Shown: positions 40,548 through 56,012 of the stretch, piece by piece
Position numbering within the stretch: the stretch's first letter is position 1
Layout: every line of letters starts with the position of its first letter
Assembly: GCF_009914755.1 (NCBI RefSeq)
Contig: NC_060937.1
Source: the human T2T-CHM13v2.0 reference genome, Homo sapiens
Length of the DNA stretch: 64,000 nt
Reading direction: 5' to 3' (one strand)
Notes under the pieces: model-generated
Database searches by the model: none
The model's input: the letters and a program-made list of their open reading frames with translations, nothing else
What the model was told of the DNA's origin: nothing
Translations under genes and position numbers: made by a program

Positions 40548-40950
40548 TTAGAGCATCCTCATTTTATATCAGCATTTTTGTATGCTGCAAAATATCATGC
40601 AACATGTTGTATTACTAGTGTCATTTTATACTGTCAAATCTATAAAAGGCTTTTTGTAACTATTTCTATTGCTCTACAATATCTACCAAAATATAGCTTT
40701 TAATTTGTGTTATTTGATTAATATAATTTAAAAAATACCTATAGTATATTAAAGATTCTTTTTGACTTCTGGACCACATTGGTGAACAATAAACCAAGTG
40801 CAAAAATGTACCGGTCTAATCAAAAAAAGGAATAGACAATTTCAATCTGATAACTATCCTGAGCACTAGCACACAGATTCCTAAAGTGACATATAGGAAT
40901 GAGAACTAACTCAATCCAGAAAGTTCTTTTAAAATGTTATAGAAATATGT

Positions 40951-41131
40951 GACTGAGCACAGTGGCTTACACCTGTAATTCCATCATTTTGGGAGGCCAA
41001 GGCACACAGATCACTTGAGGAGAAAAAATTAGCTGGGTATAGTGGCACAGGTTTTTAATCTCAGCTACTAGGGAGGCTGAGCCACAAGAATCACTCAAAC
41101 CCAGGAGGCAGAGGTTGCAGTGATCAAGATT
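40951..41131 (+). mobile_element. Internally deleted, 3'-truncated Alu
   Basis: The left arm jumps from GATCACTTGAGG to AAAAATTAGC, and the element ends after GCAGTGATCAAGATT. Confidence 0.85.
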
Positions 41132-41700
41132 CTGTCCCACCTGCCTCCTCCCCAAAAAAAGCCAGGCAAGGAAAAAGCAAAACTCCCCCAGGTAGATAAA
41201 AGCACCAAAATCGAGAGATAAGAGTTATGTGAATATTCTGTAGAATTATGAGATACTTATTTTATATACTTGTTATTTTAACCTATATTCTTAATCTCTA
41301 TCACTTGACAAAATGCCTAGTTCTTAAAATATTTTAACCAATGATCATGGATCAAAAATTTGTCAAAAGAATAAAAATAAGATAGATGTAGTTTTTGCAT
41401 TTTACATATTGAATGACATTAGATTTGATACACTATGCACTGATATCCTAAAACTTTCTCTGATTATTCAATATGTAAGTAAAATATTTAAGCTGTGGAA
41501 TTGTTTTCAGATAGTATATTTTGTGAATTTCCTAAGCGCTTCCTATTTACACATAATGTATGGGGTAATTTTAATATTCTATTACATTTTGCTACAGTTC
41601 ATAAAGTAAATAGACCTTTTATCTTTTTTCTTTTGCCCATCAATGGAAAAAGCCTCGGTAGATTTTCAACATATTTGGGTAATATGTTTTAATTGATCTC

Positions 41701-43870
41701 AGAACCATCTATGACAGACCCACAGCCAACATCATACTGAATGGGGAAAAGCTGGAAGCATTCTTCTTGAAAACCAGTACAAGACAAGGATGCCATCTCT
41801 CACCACTCCTATTTAACATAGTATTAGAAGTCTTGGCCAGAACAATTAGGCAAGAGAAAGAAAGAAAGGATGTCCAGATAGTAAGAGAGGAAGTCAAACT
41901 ATCCCTGTTTGCAGATGACATGATTCTATATCTAGAAAACACCATAGTCTGAGCCCAAAAGCTTCTTAAGCTGATAAACAACTTCAGCAAGTCTCAGAAT
42001 ACAAAAATTGCTAGCATTCCTATACAGCAACAACAACCAAGCCGAGAGCCAAATCAGGAATTCAATCTCATTCACAATTGCCCAAAAAGAATAAAATATT
42101 TAGGAATACAGCTAACCAGGAGGGTGAAGTATCTCTACAATGAGAACTGTAAAACACTGCTTAAGGAAATCAGAGATGACACAAACAAATTTTAAAAAAA
42201 TTCTTTGCTCCTGGATAGAAAGATATCCTATACATATCATTAAAATGGTCATACTACCTAAAGCAGTTTATAGACTCAATGCTATTCCTATCAAACTACC
42301 AATGATATTCTTCATAGTACCAGAAAAAAAAAACTATTTTAAAATTCATATAGAATAAAAAAAGAGCCCAAATAGCCAAGACAATCTTAAAAAAAAAGAA
42401 CAAAACTGGTGGCATCTTGTTACCCAACTTCAAACTATATCACAGGGCTACACTAACTAAAACAGCATGGTACTAGGACAAAAACAGACACATAGACAAA
42501 TGGAACAGAATAGAGGCCTAGAAATAAGTCCACACACCTACAACCATCTGATCTTCCACAAAGCTGACAAATACAAGAAACGGGGAAAAGACTCCCTATT
42601 CAATAAGCAGTGTTGGGTTAACTGGCTAGCTACATGCAGAAGATTACAACTGAAGCCATTTCTTACACCATGTACAAAAATCAACACAAGATGGATTTAA
42701 TACTTAAATGTAAAACCCAAAACTATAAAAATGCTAGAAGACAACCTATGTAGTATCATTCAGGACACAGAAACAGGCAAAGAGTTATGACAAAGACACC
42801 AAAGAGCAATTGCAAAAAAAAAGCAAAAAATTGACAAATGGGATCTAATTAAACTTAAGAGCTTCTGCACAGCAAATGAAACTATCAACAGAGTAAACAG
42901 ACAACGTACTGTATGGGAGAAAATATTTGCAGCTATGCATCTGACAAAGTTCTAATATAGCATCTATAAGGAACTTAAATTTACAAATAACAAAAGAAAA
43001 CACATTAAAAAGTGGGCAGAGGAAATGAACAGACACTTCTGTAAAGAAGACATACATCGGCCAAAAATCATATGAAAAGAAGCTGAATATCACTTATTAT
43101 TAGAGAAATGCAAATCAAAACCACAATGAGATACCATCTCACACCTGTCAGAATGGCTAATAGTAAAAATTCAAAAAATAACATATGCTGGCAAGTGGCA
43201 ATGTTGTGGAGAAAAGAGAACAAGTATACACTGTTGGTGGGCGTGTAAATTAGGTCATCCATTGTGGAAGACAGTGTGGCGATTCCTCAAAGTGCTAAAA
43301 ACAGAACTACCATTCAACCCAGCCATCTTATTACTGGGTTTATACCCAGAGGAATATAAATCATTTCACCATAAAGACACATGTATGTGTATGTTCACTG
43401 CAGCACTGTTCACAATAGCAAACACATAGAATCAATCTCAATGCCCATCAGTGACAGATTGGATGAAGAAAATGTGATACATTTGCACCATGGTATACTA
43501 TGCAGCCATAAAAAATGAGATTGTGTCTTTTCTGGGAACATGGATGGAATTGGAGGCCCTTATTTTTAGCAAACTAATACAGAAACAGAAAACAAATAGT
43601 GCATGTTCTCACTTATGAGTGGAAGCTAAATCATGACAGCTCATGAACACAAAGAAGGGAACAACAGATACTGGGGCCTCCTTGAGGGTGGAGGTGGGAG
43701 GAGGGAGAGGAACAGGAAAAATAGCTATTGAGTACTAAGCTTAGTACCTGGGTGACGAAATAATCTGTACATCAAGCCTCCTTGACATGAGTTTACCTAC
43801 ATACAACAAACCTGGACATGTACCCCCAAATCTAAAATAAGAGTTAAAAAATATAAAAACTAAAATGAAA
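41701..43870 (+). mobile_element. 5'-truncated old L1PA (ORF2 RT domain to 3' UTR)
   Basis: ORF 41767-41952 reads [20 protein letters not shown]...[15 protein letters not shown] (RT FADD motif); 3' UTR and A tail; TSD-like AATTGATCT/AAATGATCT. Confidence 0.96.
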
Positions 43871-45044
43871 AAATGATCTTATTTAAACATACGTTTTAAC
43901 GTATATGGAAAATTTATTTTGGGTGCTCCATGTGGCAGCTCAAAGGTAGAGGCAGTCATCCTACTCAATTGCTAAAAAATGATTTACAGGAAAAGACTTG
44001 TGTCAGATGACCAGGAAATTTACCCATATGTATTAACATTTTGTGAACAGAGAAAATCAACATGGGTTTTGTAACATGAACCCCAAATCAAAAGATACAA
44101 GGGCAAATTCCTCTAGATTTCAGATATTGATGAATTTTTATAGTTGTTTCTCAAATAGGCAACTTTACTACAGCAATTTCCAAGTTTCCTAGTAATAGGG
44201 AATTATATATTTATCTGTGGTTGATTATTCCCTATAGGCAATCCTAGAGGATGGTTTCTAGCTACTTTGTTAAAGAGAGAAAAAATTAAAATTATTTGTT
44301 CTTTTGGAGAAAAATAAAAATGTTACAAATTGGATTAAATTGAAACCAATTTGTAAATAATTAATGGTGTAAAAAGCTGCTAAATGTTATGTTCAAATGA
44401 AACATTCATAGAACTTCAACCATCTGCTTTGTATTAGGTATTAAGAAAAGACAAAAACTAAAGATAATATCTACAGTGTAAATGCTGTTTATTTTGTAAT
44501 TGAGATCAATTGTGATTCAAATTTCTCTTAGGAAAAAAATCTGTAATTTGATGAGCATTCACTCCATTTTTTAAAAATTTATCTTTGAGAATACACTGCA
44601 CATAAGTGAAAATTTTCCTCTAGTTCATTGACATATATATCAAGTAGAACATTGGCATGGATGAACAAAACCACAAATAAGAGGCCCAGCTTGACGGAAG
44701 CTGCTAAAATAATGATTTTACTTGGAAGATGTGGCCTGCATGCTGTTTTGAATTAGGTGCCAGGGACACTACATGGCAGGATAGTTTTCATTTTAGATGT
44801 TAGTTATTTCTTTAGTCATGAAGTGGCATTTGTACTGTAACAGAATTTGTGATGAATTTGTATCCCAAAAATTTACATCTCCGGGGGAATGCTGCAATTT
44901 GCTAGTTGTTAGACATTAGATAAAGCATAGCACATTTTGATTCTGTCTTCACCTGTGTAAAGTGGCATACTCATACCTACTATGTTAAAAAGCTACTAAA
45001 ATAATTCAATAAAATAATTATAGAAAGGCGTGAAGGAAATGCAA

Positions 45045-45512
45045 AATGCTATCTGCTAGCATCTCAAATTATGTTCTTGCTTGCTCTTCTCCAATTAACT
45101 GGACGCCTCACTGTTCTTTGAATATCTCAGGCTATGTACAGCAGGGCTTTAAGCACTTGTTTTTCTTCTGCTTCAAATCAAAACTCCTCATCCAGATATT
45201 TACTCCAAAGTCATTTTCTCAATGTTGCATTTTTTGGTCACGCTACCTAAGATTGCAACCCACATGTGTGACACCCCACCCTCCTTCATACACATTCCCT
45301 GTCCACATTTCACGTTTCAATTTTACTTTTAGAATTTGCTATTCTTTAATACACTAAATATTCTATTTATTCATCTTCACTCTCCCCAGTTGGAAAGTAA
45401 GCATCGTGAAAGTAGTAAATTTTGTGTGCTTGTTGATGGTCACATACCACTGTCTACAGCAGTGCCAGTTAGGTGGTAAAATCTAGGTATTTCATTCAGA
45501 AATGAATGAATG
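45045..45512 (+). mobile_element. L2 fragments ending in the L2 3' end
   Basis: Ends ...ACAGCAGTGCC...GAAATGAATGAATG. Confidence 0.55.
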
Positions 45513-46276
45513 CTATAAGGGTGGTAAATTTTCCTGTTATTAACAGTGGGGAAAAAAGAAATTCAAATATGTAAAACAAGGATCTACTCCTTTTTGTTTT
45601 TATATGTTTATAAGGAAAAAGTGGAGGACATTAATTAATGAAGGAAAGCAGAGATAATTTTAGTAGCCAAGTGAGAATGACAAATTTTATTTTTGTCATG
45701 CTGTCCTCACTATTGCTAGCAGCTTCCTAGAGCACTCAACTGAAGAAATTCATCATCCTGGTTCAGACAAAATGACTTTATTCAATTAAAATACCCGCCT
45801 TGGGTCTGGGGGTCAAATAAGTGAGAATTTTGTGTCACACATTTGGCATTCCCACAAGTAAAGAATTTCAGAAAATTTTAGCAGTAGACATTTGGCAATA
45901 TCTTGACAGTGATTACTCGATTTAACATAATCCATCCAGGTCATTCAAGAGCTAGTCTCTTAGGGTCTTTAACCCAGTGTCAATTCCAATATCCCTTTGG
46001 AGAAAGATCTCTCCTAACCCACTGCTCACATCAAAGCCTTTTAGGGCCCCTAGAGTTTCCATAGGACAGTGTAAAAAAGATATTTAATCAATAACACAGC
46101 TTATTAAACAAAAATTAGTTGACCTAATGAAGATTGTGTATTCTCAGAATGCACATAGAGTTTGGGAACACTTAAGGAGTTTATGCAGTTAGATGTTGTG
46201 AAATAGAGACAATACCCAGGGCAAGAATTAGCTTTCTATAGAGTTAGACATTTGTTTATGGAATTTTGTTTATTTT

Positions 46277-47883
46277 AAAAATGAAGGCTTGACAAACTGA
46301 GGGAAACTATTTGTAAAAGATATATCTGATAAAGGTCTGTTATCCAAAATATACAAAAACTCTCAAAACTCAATAAGAAGAAAGGAACAACCTGATATTT
46401 TAAAAAATAGACAAAAGATCTAAACAGATATCTCACCAAAGAAAGTCCAAGTTGACAAATAAACATATACAATATCATACATCATTAGGGAAATGCAAAT
46501 TAAAACAATATTAAGATATCACTACATACCCATTATAATGGCCCAAATTTCAAACTCTGAAAACACCAAATGATGGCGAGCAGGTGAAACAATAGGAACT
46601 CTCATTCATTGCTGTTGGGAACAAAAAATGGTACAGCCATTTTGGAAGACATTTTGGTAATTTCTTGCAAAACTAAATATACTTTTACCGTGCAAACCAG
46701 CAATCATGCTACTTGATATTTACTCATATGACTTGAAATTGTATGTGCACACAAACACTGCACAATGGTGTTTATAGCAGCTTTTTCCTAATTGTCAAAA
46801 TTTGTAAGCAGCTAAGATCCTTCAAAGAGTGAATGGATAAATAAGCTGCAGTACACCCAGACAATGTACTATTCAGGGCTAAATAGACATGAGCCATGAA
46901 GTCACGAAAAGACATGGAGGAACCTTTGTAAAATGTGCTGTACAAAATGGCGTTACACAGGTTCCGAGTTCTGAAGTAGATTTCAGAAGCCATTCTAAGA
47001 AGGATTACCTGCATGGCTTGTAACCTTGCAAAAAAGAAAAACAAAACAAACAAACAAAAAAAAAAACAGAAGTTTGCCTTGAAACTTTGAACTGGGCCAA
47101 ACTGCAACAACCATAGCATCCTGAAAAACAACTGAATGTCACCAACACTGGAACTCTTGAATAGCAACAATCAAGGAACTATGGACTCATGTACTAAGCC
47201 AGGTTCTTCCACCAGTGATAATTCTTTCAAAACAACTTGTGTAATTACCCTCAGTGTACTGTTAAAATTTCCTACTCCCCTCTGTCTCTTCGGAACACAA
47301 TTTGATCTTTGGACAAATATGTGCCTCCAGAATTACAATTTCAAAGACCGCAATAAATGCCTGTCTTATTGCATTGCAGTCTGGTTTTCCACCTCTTCTT
47401 AGTTCACACTTAAATGCATGATAGTAATTGAAAAAAGCCAATCTGAAATGGCTATACATTGCACTATATCATTCAAACAATATGACAATCAGTAAAAGGC
47501 AAAACTATAGAGACAGCAAAAAAAAACTCAGTGGTTATGAGGCAGAAATTGTTAAATCAGTGGAGCAGAGAGGATGTTCAAATCATTGAAACTACCCTAT
47601 ATGATGCTATAATGGTGAATGCATGTCATTATACATTTGTCTAAGCCTATGGAATGTACACCACCATAAGTTAACCCTATTGTAAACTATGGACTTTGGG
47701 TGATAATGATGTGTCAATATAGGTTAATTGATTCTAACAAGCATGCCACTTTGGTGCAGGATGTTGACAGTGGGGCAGGCTGTGCATATGTGGGAATAGG
47801 AGATGTATGGAAACTATACCCTCTACCTCATTTGTCTGTGAACCTAAAACTGCTCTTAAAAATGAAGTCTGTTTTTAAAAAAC
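46277..47883 (+). mobile_element. L1MC-like element (ORF2 end and 3' UTR), interrupted by an LTR
   Basis: ATATCTGATAAAGG...; 3' UTR GTAAACTATGGACTTTGGGTGATAATGATGTGTC...GAACCTAAAACTGCTCT; the L1 motif GGAACCTT|AAATGC is split by the LTR. Confidence 0.88.
46927..47408 (+). mobile_element. Solo LTR (ERV1-class, family unassigned)
   Basis: TG...CA ends; AATAAA at about 47352; CTT duplicated at the flanks; interrupts contiguous L1 sequence. Confidence 0.75.
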
Positions 47884-50720
47884 CATCTAGGCCCAGTTTC
47901 AAGTACCTTTGTTAGGGTTATTATGTCTAGAGGAAAAATTGGCCTAGCAACTGTTTTTCATCCAGTTTTAAATTCACAGAGAGACTTGTATTATTTCATT
48001 TAGACCTCATGACCTCATTAATTCAGATCTGTTCATTTCAAATGCATGGTATTCAACTAGACTAAAGAATACTTTTGTAGTTCTACCCATCCCCCACCCA
48101 AAGTAAGGGTTTTCTAGGGAAGAAAAATTTGAAGAGAGAACGCTTATTATGCTCAAAATATTCATCTGTTTTCAATTATTTTAAGCACTTTAAGCAATTC
48201 ATTTACACATGAATGGCTGAAATGGTAGAATACAAAACTCTTATCTGTATAAAAATGCCAGGCTGCATTTTTTTTATTTGAAAATATTTGTTTGTCATAA
48301 AGCAATATAAATGCTTGGCTTGTAAAATCATCTCTAAATTCAACTAACTCCTTAAATGTTTCTAATTCCTGTCTCTTACAATTTTTCAAAATATATTTTG
48401 ATATTGAGTTTACTTGTATAGAATGCTCATTGCGGAGATGATTACTTTTTATTTATAAGGTACTCCTAACTTTTGTCTTAATTAGTTTTAGATTATATAT
48501 AGTCAACCAATAAGAAAAATGTTTAATAAATTAGATTTTCAGATCTGTAAGTGCATTCTATAATGCTAAAATTCAACTTTTGTTCATAAAAATCAGGGAG
48601 AAGGTAAAACCAAAATAGATACTTATTAAACAATAAACAAGTTTAACCATAATATAAATAATGCATCCTGTGTGTTCATTTTGGGTGATTTCTCTGCATG
48701 AAATATCTTAAAGTACAAATCCAGTGAGCTTGGAATTATAACTTGTATTTTTCTGTATGGTTGTCCCTTAAATAAGCATTTATGTCATTTACTGTATTGG
48801 ATTTTTTTTCAAAGACTTGTTTAAAAACTCAAAAATTGTCTTATCTGACCCAATATAAATTTTTGTTCAAAATTAACTGAAATATCTGTAAATGGTTAAT
48901 ATGGTAGGATAAACAGATTATTTCTCTTCAGTGAGTTTTTAATCCTTATTTCACCTAATTTAAATATTTATTACAAATCTGCCTCTTCCAACTTTTCAGC
49001 TAACTTTTCTGAAAAACAGCTTAATATTTTCTCCATTGTAGTTTCTCTCTCTCTCTCTGTATGTCAGTCCCTTTTTCTGTAACATATTATTTTAGTTCCA
49101 CTTGTCTCATGTTACATTTGAATTAAAAGTTTCTATTTTTAGTAGCAGGAATTTAATTGACCTCTACTGACTACATTTTATGTAGGTATCAGCCCATAAT
49201 TGAAAGGTTGAATATATGAGTTTGGTTATTTTTATCCAGATACAGTTAAAGCAATAAAAGTGAAGTCAGTTAGCATTCACCAAAGTTCTAAGAAATACAT
49301 TAATTTCTTTTATTAAACAAAATATTATTTGTTAATGCAATTGCTTTCACTTATGACATAGATGATTACTAGCAAAGAAAAAGATTATGTGGGTGTCCCT
49401 TGATGAAACATGATTAAGTCTATAGTCAGCAAAAATTCAAATTTCAATTTTCCACATCCTAGTTGCCTGACATTGGCAAGATACTTAGCCTTTTTAAAAT
49501 ATATATTTTAAAGGTTTAGAATATTGTGGATTGCATGTGATGATATGCATAGCTGCCTTCGCACACTATCTTCGCACACTATAAAATATGTACTCGATAA
49601 ATTTCCTAAGATTCAAATCAATGAAAAGGATGCAGTAGATAAGCAAGAACTTCTTTTTACCAAATTTGTTCAGTTATTTTCAACCATCTGAAACACAGCT
49701 TGACCTGGGTTTACACATAGTCTATATTCTAAAATATGTCCTTACCTTTCTGGAACTCATTGATGTGGATATTGTATATCCTGATATTATCTAAAAATTA
49801 ATAATAAAGCAAAAATATTACTAAACCCTGAAATACCCTTGATGATAGTCCACATTGGACTTTAGGGATTTTATTCATGAAGGAATATTTTTAACTCATA
49901 TAAGTTCCTGATTTTACATTAGATACAATGACCATAAGCATATAAGAAGAGAATGCCTGTATATAGGGAGTTATAGGAAATTGCTGTAAAAAGTAGAAGT
50001 AATATTAAAACAAAACAGAACAGAAAAAGTGAAACACTAACTTATGAAAAACAAGCAGTATTCTGTGACCAAGGTATGCAGGGAATATTTAATGCAGGAC
50101 TATTGAAAGTTTGTATAGAAGAATGGACTCTGATGGCATCACCAAATAATTACACAGCACCTCAATTAATAAAAATAGGAAAACAACTACCTTACTTACA
50201 GACATAAGAACATTTATGAAACCATCCATTCAAATTTTAGTCAACATTTTTTAAGAAATACACTGTATGTAGTTGTTCATGTATTTTATCAGAGAGGTAA
50301 CTAGTGTTAAGAAAATTTTATTGTGTAGAAATTTTCAATCTGTTTAGAGTATCAAATGTTTAATATTTTTGTGTATTTACAAATGTGTTTACAAATATAT
50401 TTTATATTTGTCTGGCTGTTTAAATTATGCTTTTGATAAAGCTTCAGTGCTGCTATAATGTCTAAGGCTCATCCTACTGTGTGAAAATATGAAATTTCTC
50501 TCTCATCTGTAATAGAAAAATGAATGTGTGATCCTCCTTAGAACAGGATCCATAAAATGTCTGCTGGCAAAAGAAACTCAGAAAGATAAACATAAACCTT
50601 AACTTTAGACAAACAGTTGAAAGCCTCTCAATCTGCTTTGTTTTGTCAGCAACTTCTAGCGGTCATGCTAAGAATTAAAAACATGCATATTGCTCAGCAA
50701 AATCCACATGAATATTAGAC

Positions 50721-50827
50721 GTGTGTGTGTGTGTGTGTGTGTATGTGAGTATGAGTAATGGAATTTTAAGAGTACAGCATTCTGGAAAGTATGTAGCAGA
50801 TATAAACTGAGGCCAAATTTTATATAC

Positions 50828-50867
<40 letters not shown>

Positions 50868-50868
50868 G
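50721..50868. repeat. (TG)n at 50721-50750 and (TA)n at 50821-50868
   Basis: Direct reading. Confidence 0.9.
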
Positions 50869-50878
50869 GCATACATTA

Positions 50879-51266
50879 TGTATTAATCTGTTCTCATACT
50901 GCCAAAAAGAACTGCCCAAGACTAGGTAATTTAGAAAGGAAAAAGCTTTAATTGACTCACAGTTCTACATGGCTAGGGAGGCCTCAGGAAAATTATAATC
51001 ATAGTAAAAGGCAAAGGGGAAGCAAGGAACCTTCTTCACAAGATGGCAGGAGGGAGAAGTGCCAAGCAAAGGGGGAAGAGACCCCCCTTAAGCCACAAGA
51101 TCTTCTGAGAACTCACTCGCTATCTCGAGAACAGCATGTGGGAAACCACCCCCATGATTCAATTACCTTCACCTTGTCTCTCCCTTGACACATGGAGATT
51201 ATGGGGATTTGGGGGATTACAATTCAAGATGAGATTTGGGTGGAGACACAAAGCCTAACCATATCA
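50879..51266 (-). mobile_element. THE1 (THE1D-like) MaLR solo LTR
   Basis: TGTATTAATCTGTTCTCA...AACCATATCA; 5-bp TSD catta/cattg. Confidence 0.93.
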
Positions 51267-51459
51267 CATTGGTACTCAATCTTTCAATTAAGTAAAAAAC
51301 CAAAAAAAGCAAATTTAAAGTTATTACATGTATTTTTGATGTCTAAATATATAATATCAGATTTTTTGTTTTTATCCCTAAATGTGTAAGGATTTAAGGA
51401 TCAAGCCGACTTTAGTGAGATCATGCTAATTCTTTTAAGTGTTATTACACCAAGGTGGA

Positions 51460-51712
51460 ATTTCTAAGTGACGCCTGTCTTGATTCTCCTAGGCAAAATA
51501 TTTAATTACTGATCTATGCAATTACAGCTATCCTTATGATCTTTCATTATAGCATTTACCAGGTTGCACTGTAGCTATTGACTAGCCTGTGCTTCTTCTC
51601 ACTATTCTCATTATTGTTATTCTGTCTTTGAGCAAGAGAACTCTGTCTCTTTGTTTGCCTAGTTCTAGAGTGTAAAAAAAAACAAACATAATCATTAACA
51701 ATTATTGAATGT
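51460..51712 (+). mobile_element. L2 3'-end fragment
   Basis: TATAGCATTTACCAGGTTGCACTGT...TTGAGCAAGAGAACTCTGTCT...ATTGAATG. Confidence 0.5.
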
Positions 51713-52047
51713 TTACATTGAGCCTACTAGTCTGTCCATCTATATGAATATAAATTAACAGTCTCTTCTTCTGGTCATTGCTAGAGTACACAAACTCTGT
51801 CCATTTTCCCCATAGTAAAAGGATTAACACCTTACACTTATCTCTTGGGACTCTCCAATATAAACATTAAAAATAATCAAAAACAATAAAAATTTCCCAG
51901 ATTTCTTTTACCTCCAAGTATCTTTGTGTTAGTCTATATATAAAAATGCATATAAATAATTCTCTGAATGCTTTTTCTTCTTTTTCAGGAAGCATTTCTG
52001 TTTCGATTCTCAGAGGGAATTGTACTACCCTTTCAAAGATTTAGGTA

Positions 52048-52721
<674 letters not shown>

Positions 52722-53679
52722 TATATGGGAAATTTAGGAAAAGAAACCCAAGATTGAAACATTGTCGCTGAAGTTGATTAAATCTAGTAATATGCTAATT
52801 ATTTAAAAATTTCAATCCAGAGACAGAAAAGAAGGCCTAAAGTATCCTTATATTTTTTTCTGGCAATTTTTCAGAATGATGTAAGGTCATAAAAGTTCAG
52901 GTTAGTTTCTTATAAACACAGAGACAGCTGACATTGCTGGGAGACATCACCATGGGTGGTAGATATTTCGTGAAAATAGTTTTATGTTAAATGAGTTGTG
53001 ATGTTCAAATAAAGGTTCTGGCTTAATTTCATTCTCTCTCTCTCTTTAAAATATAAGAAGACAATACTTGTGTTGATTGCCTGCTCTTTCTAGTAATTAC
53101 AAGCCAATTTCCTCTGAACAGTGTCTGTCTCTTAATCACAAGTAACAGCAGGTACTGAGCAACTGATATGCCACACATTTTACTTTGACCAACACCCACA
53201 AAAGGAGCTACATTAAGTAAAATACTAAAGAGTTCTGAATTAAATGATTCTGGATTTTCCACTGATTTAAAAAGTATAGCAAACGTATTGAAAATGCATT
53301 CTAATTTTATATTTTCCGATAACTATAGGTTTTCTTTTAGTTGTGAGTTTGCCCTTGTTTTGTTAATTATATTTTCAGAAATGTAGAATGTGGAAAATTC
53401 CTATTCATCATGAAAGGATGCTCTCCCTTTCCTAGGCTATAAAATAGCAAAAAGTTAAGTGTTAATCAGGAAGCTATGACAAAAAAATAATAATGGCTTG
53501 ACTTAATGCAATTAAAAAATAAGACAAAGGAACAAAATACATGTATATATCAAGAGACGTGGGGAGTATTTTTGCAGTATAAATGACAGACTTTTGTTTA
53601 TTAACATGTAGAATAATTTTTAAAATTTGATAATAGAAATCCAATAAGAAATTGAGAGGGAAAAAAAGATACAGTTTAA

Positions 53680-54182
53680 TGACAGAGCAGGAGTATCGCC
53701 ATCTTGAACAAGCCCCTCATTCTAAAGTTCACCTTAATAAAAAAACCACCTAAATCCAAAGGGCATCAGCCTAATAGCTAAGGTCAGCACGACCATAAAC
53801 CACAAATAACATCTCCAATCAGAGACATTCCAAACTCCTCCCTGACCACAGACATGCTAGCCCCAAGATAACCCCCTTCCAGCCGGGAAGATGCCAGCCC
53901 TGAGATAACCCCCCTCTGGCCAGAAAGATGTCTTCCCCAAGGTAACCTCCCCTCCGCCCAGAGACATTCCAACCCTGCCATAAACTTCTCCCCCACATAT
54001 AAACATTCCAAGCTTGTGATAAGCCCCTTCACCCTAAAACCAATATATACTCTTAGTCTGTAAGAGAAAGCACTCCTGACAGAAATTGGCCAGAAGCCCC
54101 TCTCAGGTTTTATCTAAAGTAAATCTATCTTTAACTATTGAGCTGAATTTTGTGTTTCTTTCCTCTTTCTTTATCTCTTATA
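53680..54182 (+). mobile_element. LTR19-like ERV1 solo LTR
   Basis: Start TGACAGAGCAGGAGTATCGCCATCTTG; internal AGATAACCCCC repeats; 5-bp TSD TTTAA. Confidence 0.85.
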
Positions 54183-54501
54183 TTTAACCTAACTCATCAT
54201 TATGAATATTCAAATGTAAGTTTGGATAATACTAGATAATATTTTTATTCATCTAAGGAGAAAATATTGAAAAGATTAATCAAATGTATTGGAGGTAATC
54301 ACATTCAAGCATCTCAAGGGGAATTTTTGAAAATTGTAGAAAAGTAATTTGTTAACATCAATTGCAATTTCAAAAGCACATAATTCTCGCATCAGCATTC
54401 CTAATTTCATCTCATAGAAAATAAATTTTTTGTCAGATTACGTTTTCAAATATAGTTTATAATATTAAGTAGAAAAACAAAACAAAACAAACTGAAAACT
54501 A

Positions 54502-54737
<236 letters not shown>

Positions 54738-54748
54738 ATACCCAAACA

Positions 54749-55276
54749 TGTCAAAGAAAAATCGCACTGGACAGAGTTAAACAGGAAAGGAAAACTTTAT
54801 TCAGGACTGTTGCAATAGAGGTCAAAGCTATTGCAATCGGGGAAAGAGATTGAACTCAACTCCACTGAAACAAAATGTGGGCAGGTATTTGATGCTGGTC
54901 TGACCTAGTAGAAAAGTACTGGGGACATTATAATTGGTCAGTGTGATTAGGCCAACAGTATTTGCTAACTGCTATTTGCTAAAGTTAGACTTCTACCCTC
55001 CCACAGAGACTGGAAGATAGGGGCTCTATCCTTCTTGACGATAACATTTCAAAATGATGTCTCCCAGGTCCTTAAGAAAGACAGTCTTGAGCTGTAAAAC
55101 TGCTAAGAGGCTAAGAAGAGAATCATACCTCAAAGGGTTAGATCAAAAATTTATAATTGCAAATTTTATAAAGTACTTAAATGATCTAAGAAAAGGGAGG
55201 TCAGTGGCCTGTAGTCAGAAGGAAGCTTATTTACAGTTGAGTCAAGCTGAGAAGAACATTAAGATCATCTTGATCA
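54749..55276 (-). mobile_element. MER67/MER31-like ERV1 solo LTR
   Basis: TG...CA ends; TSD aaca/acca; reverse complement starts TGATCAAGATGATCTTAATGTTCTTCTCAGCTTGACT. Confidence 0.75.
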
Positions 55277-55860
55277 ACCACACAATAGAGTATGGTAATT
55301 ATTAAAACAGATGAGGAAATGGCAGATGGCATCATTGTGATACCTTTTGAATCTGTCCTAATCTCCTCAGAGGTAAGGGAGAAACAAAGGTGGAAAAAGA
55401 AAAAAAAAAACCACCTTAACTAGGTGTGGTAATGCCACACACCTCAAAAACTAATGCAGATGGGGCCTAGCCACCAATGGCAGGAAAGAAGTGCATGTAA
55501 AAGTTAAACAAACAGTAACTACAGGAGGGAAGACAAGAGAGGCTTCTGTTAGTCCTAAGAAACACATAGCTTAAAAATCACCAACTAGTTCATACACTGA
55601 AAGGAGGGTTTGTCACATAGGAAGAAAGCCTCAACAGTGTTTCTGCAATCTGAAGATAAAACTGGAAAGGTTAATTGCAAGGGAACAATGGAATATTCTA
55701 AGGATCTATGAGGTTGCTTAAACCCACAGACCTCTCAAAAAATATGCAGAAAAACAACAACAACAACAACAACAACAAAAAACTAAGTCCCTTCATGAGG
55801 AAATATTCCAGGGAACAGAACATAAATATATATAGGCAAACAATCTGTGGACAAAAGAGA

Positions 55861-56012
55861 TGAGGACTAAACTGGTTTTATTTTTAATCTTGCCCAAATT
55901 CCTATTCCTATCTAGGGGTTCTGGAGAGTCATGCCCTACGAACAATAAATTAACATCAGATGGGTTTTATTTAACCCTATATATCGTGACTTACTTTCCA
56001 ATCTGACTCTGG
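55861..56012 (+). mobile_element. MER4-group (PABL-like) LTR 5' fragment
   Basis: TGAGGACTAA...TCTTGCCCAAATTCCTA...GAGTCATGCCCTAC...CAGATGGGTTTTATTTAACCCTATATATCGTGACTTAC. Confidence 0.65.

Noticed and set aside
41767-42700. Reverse-transcriptase-like ORFs (FADD motif)
   Set aside because: Fragments of a decayed L1 ORF2 with stops and frameshifts; not a functional or novel RT.
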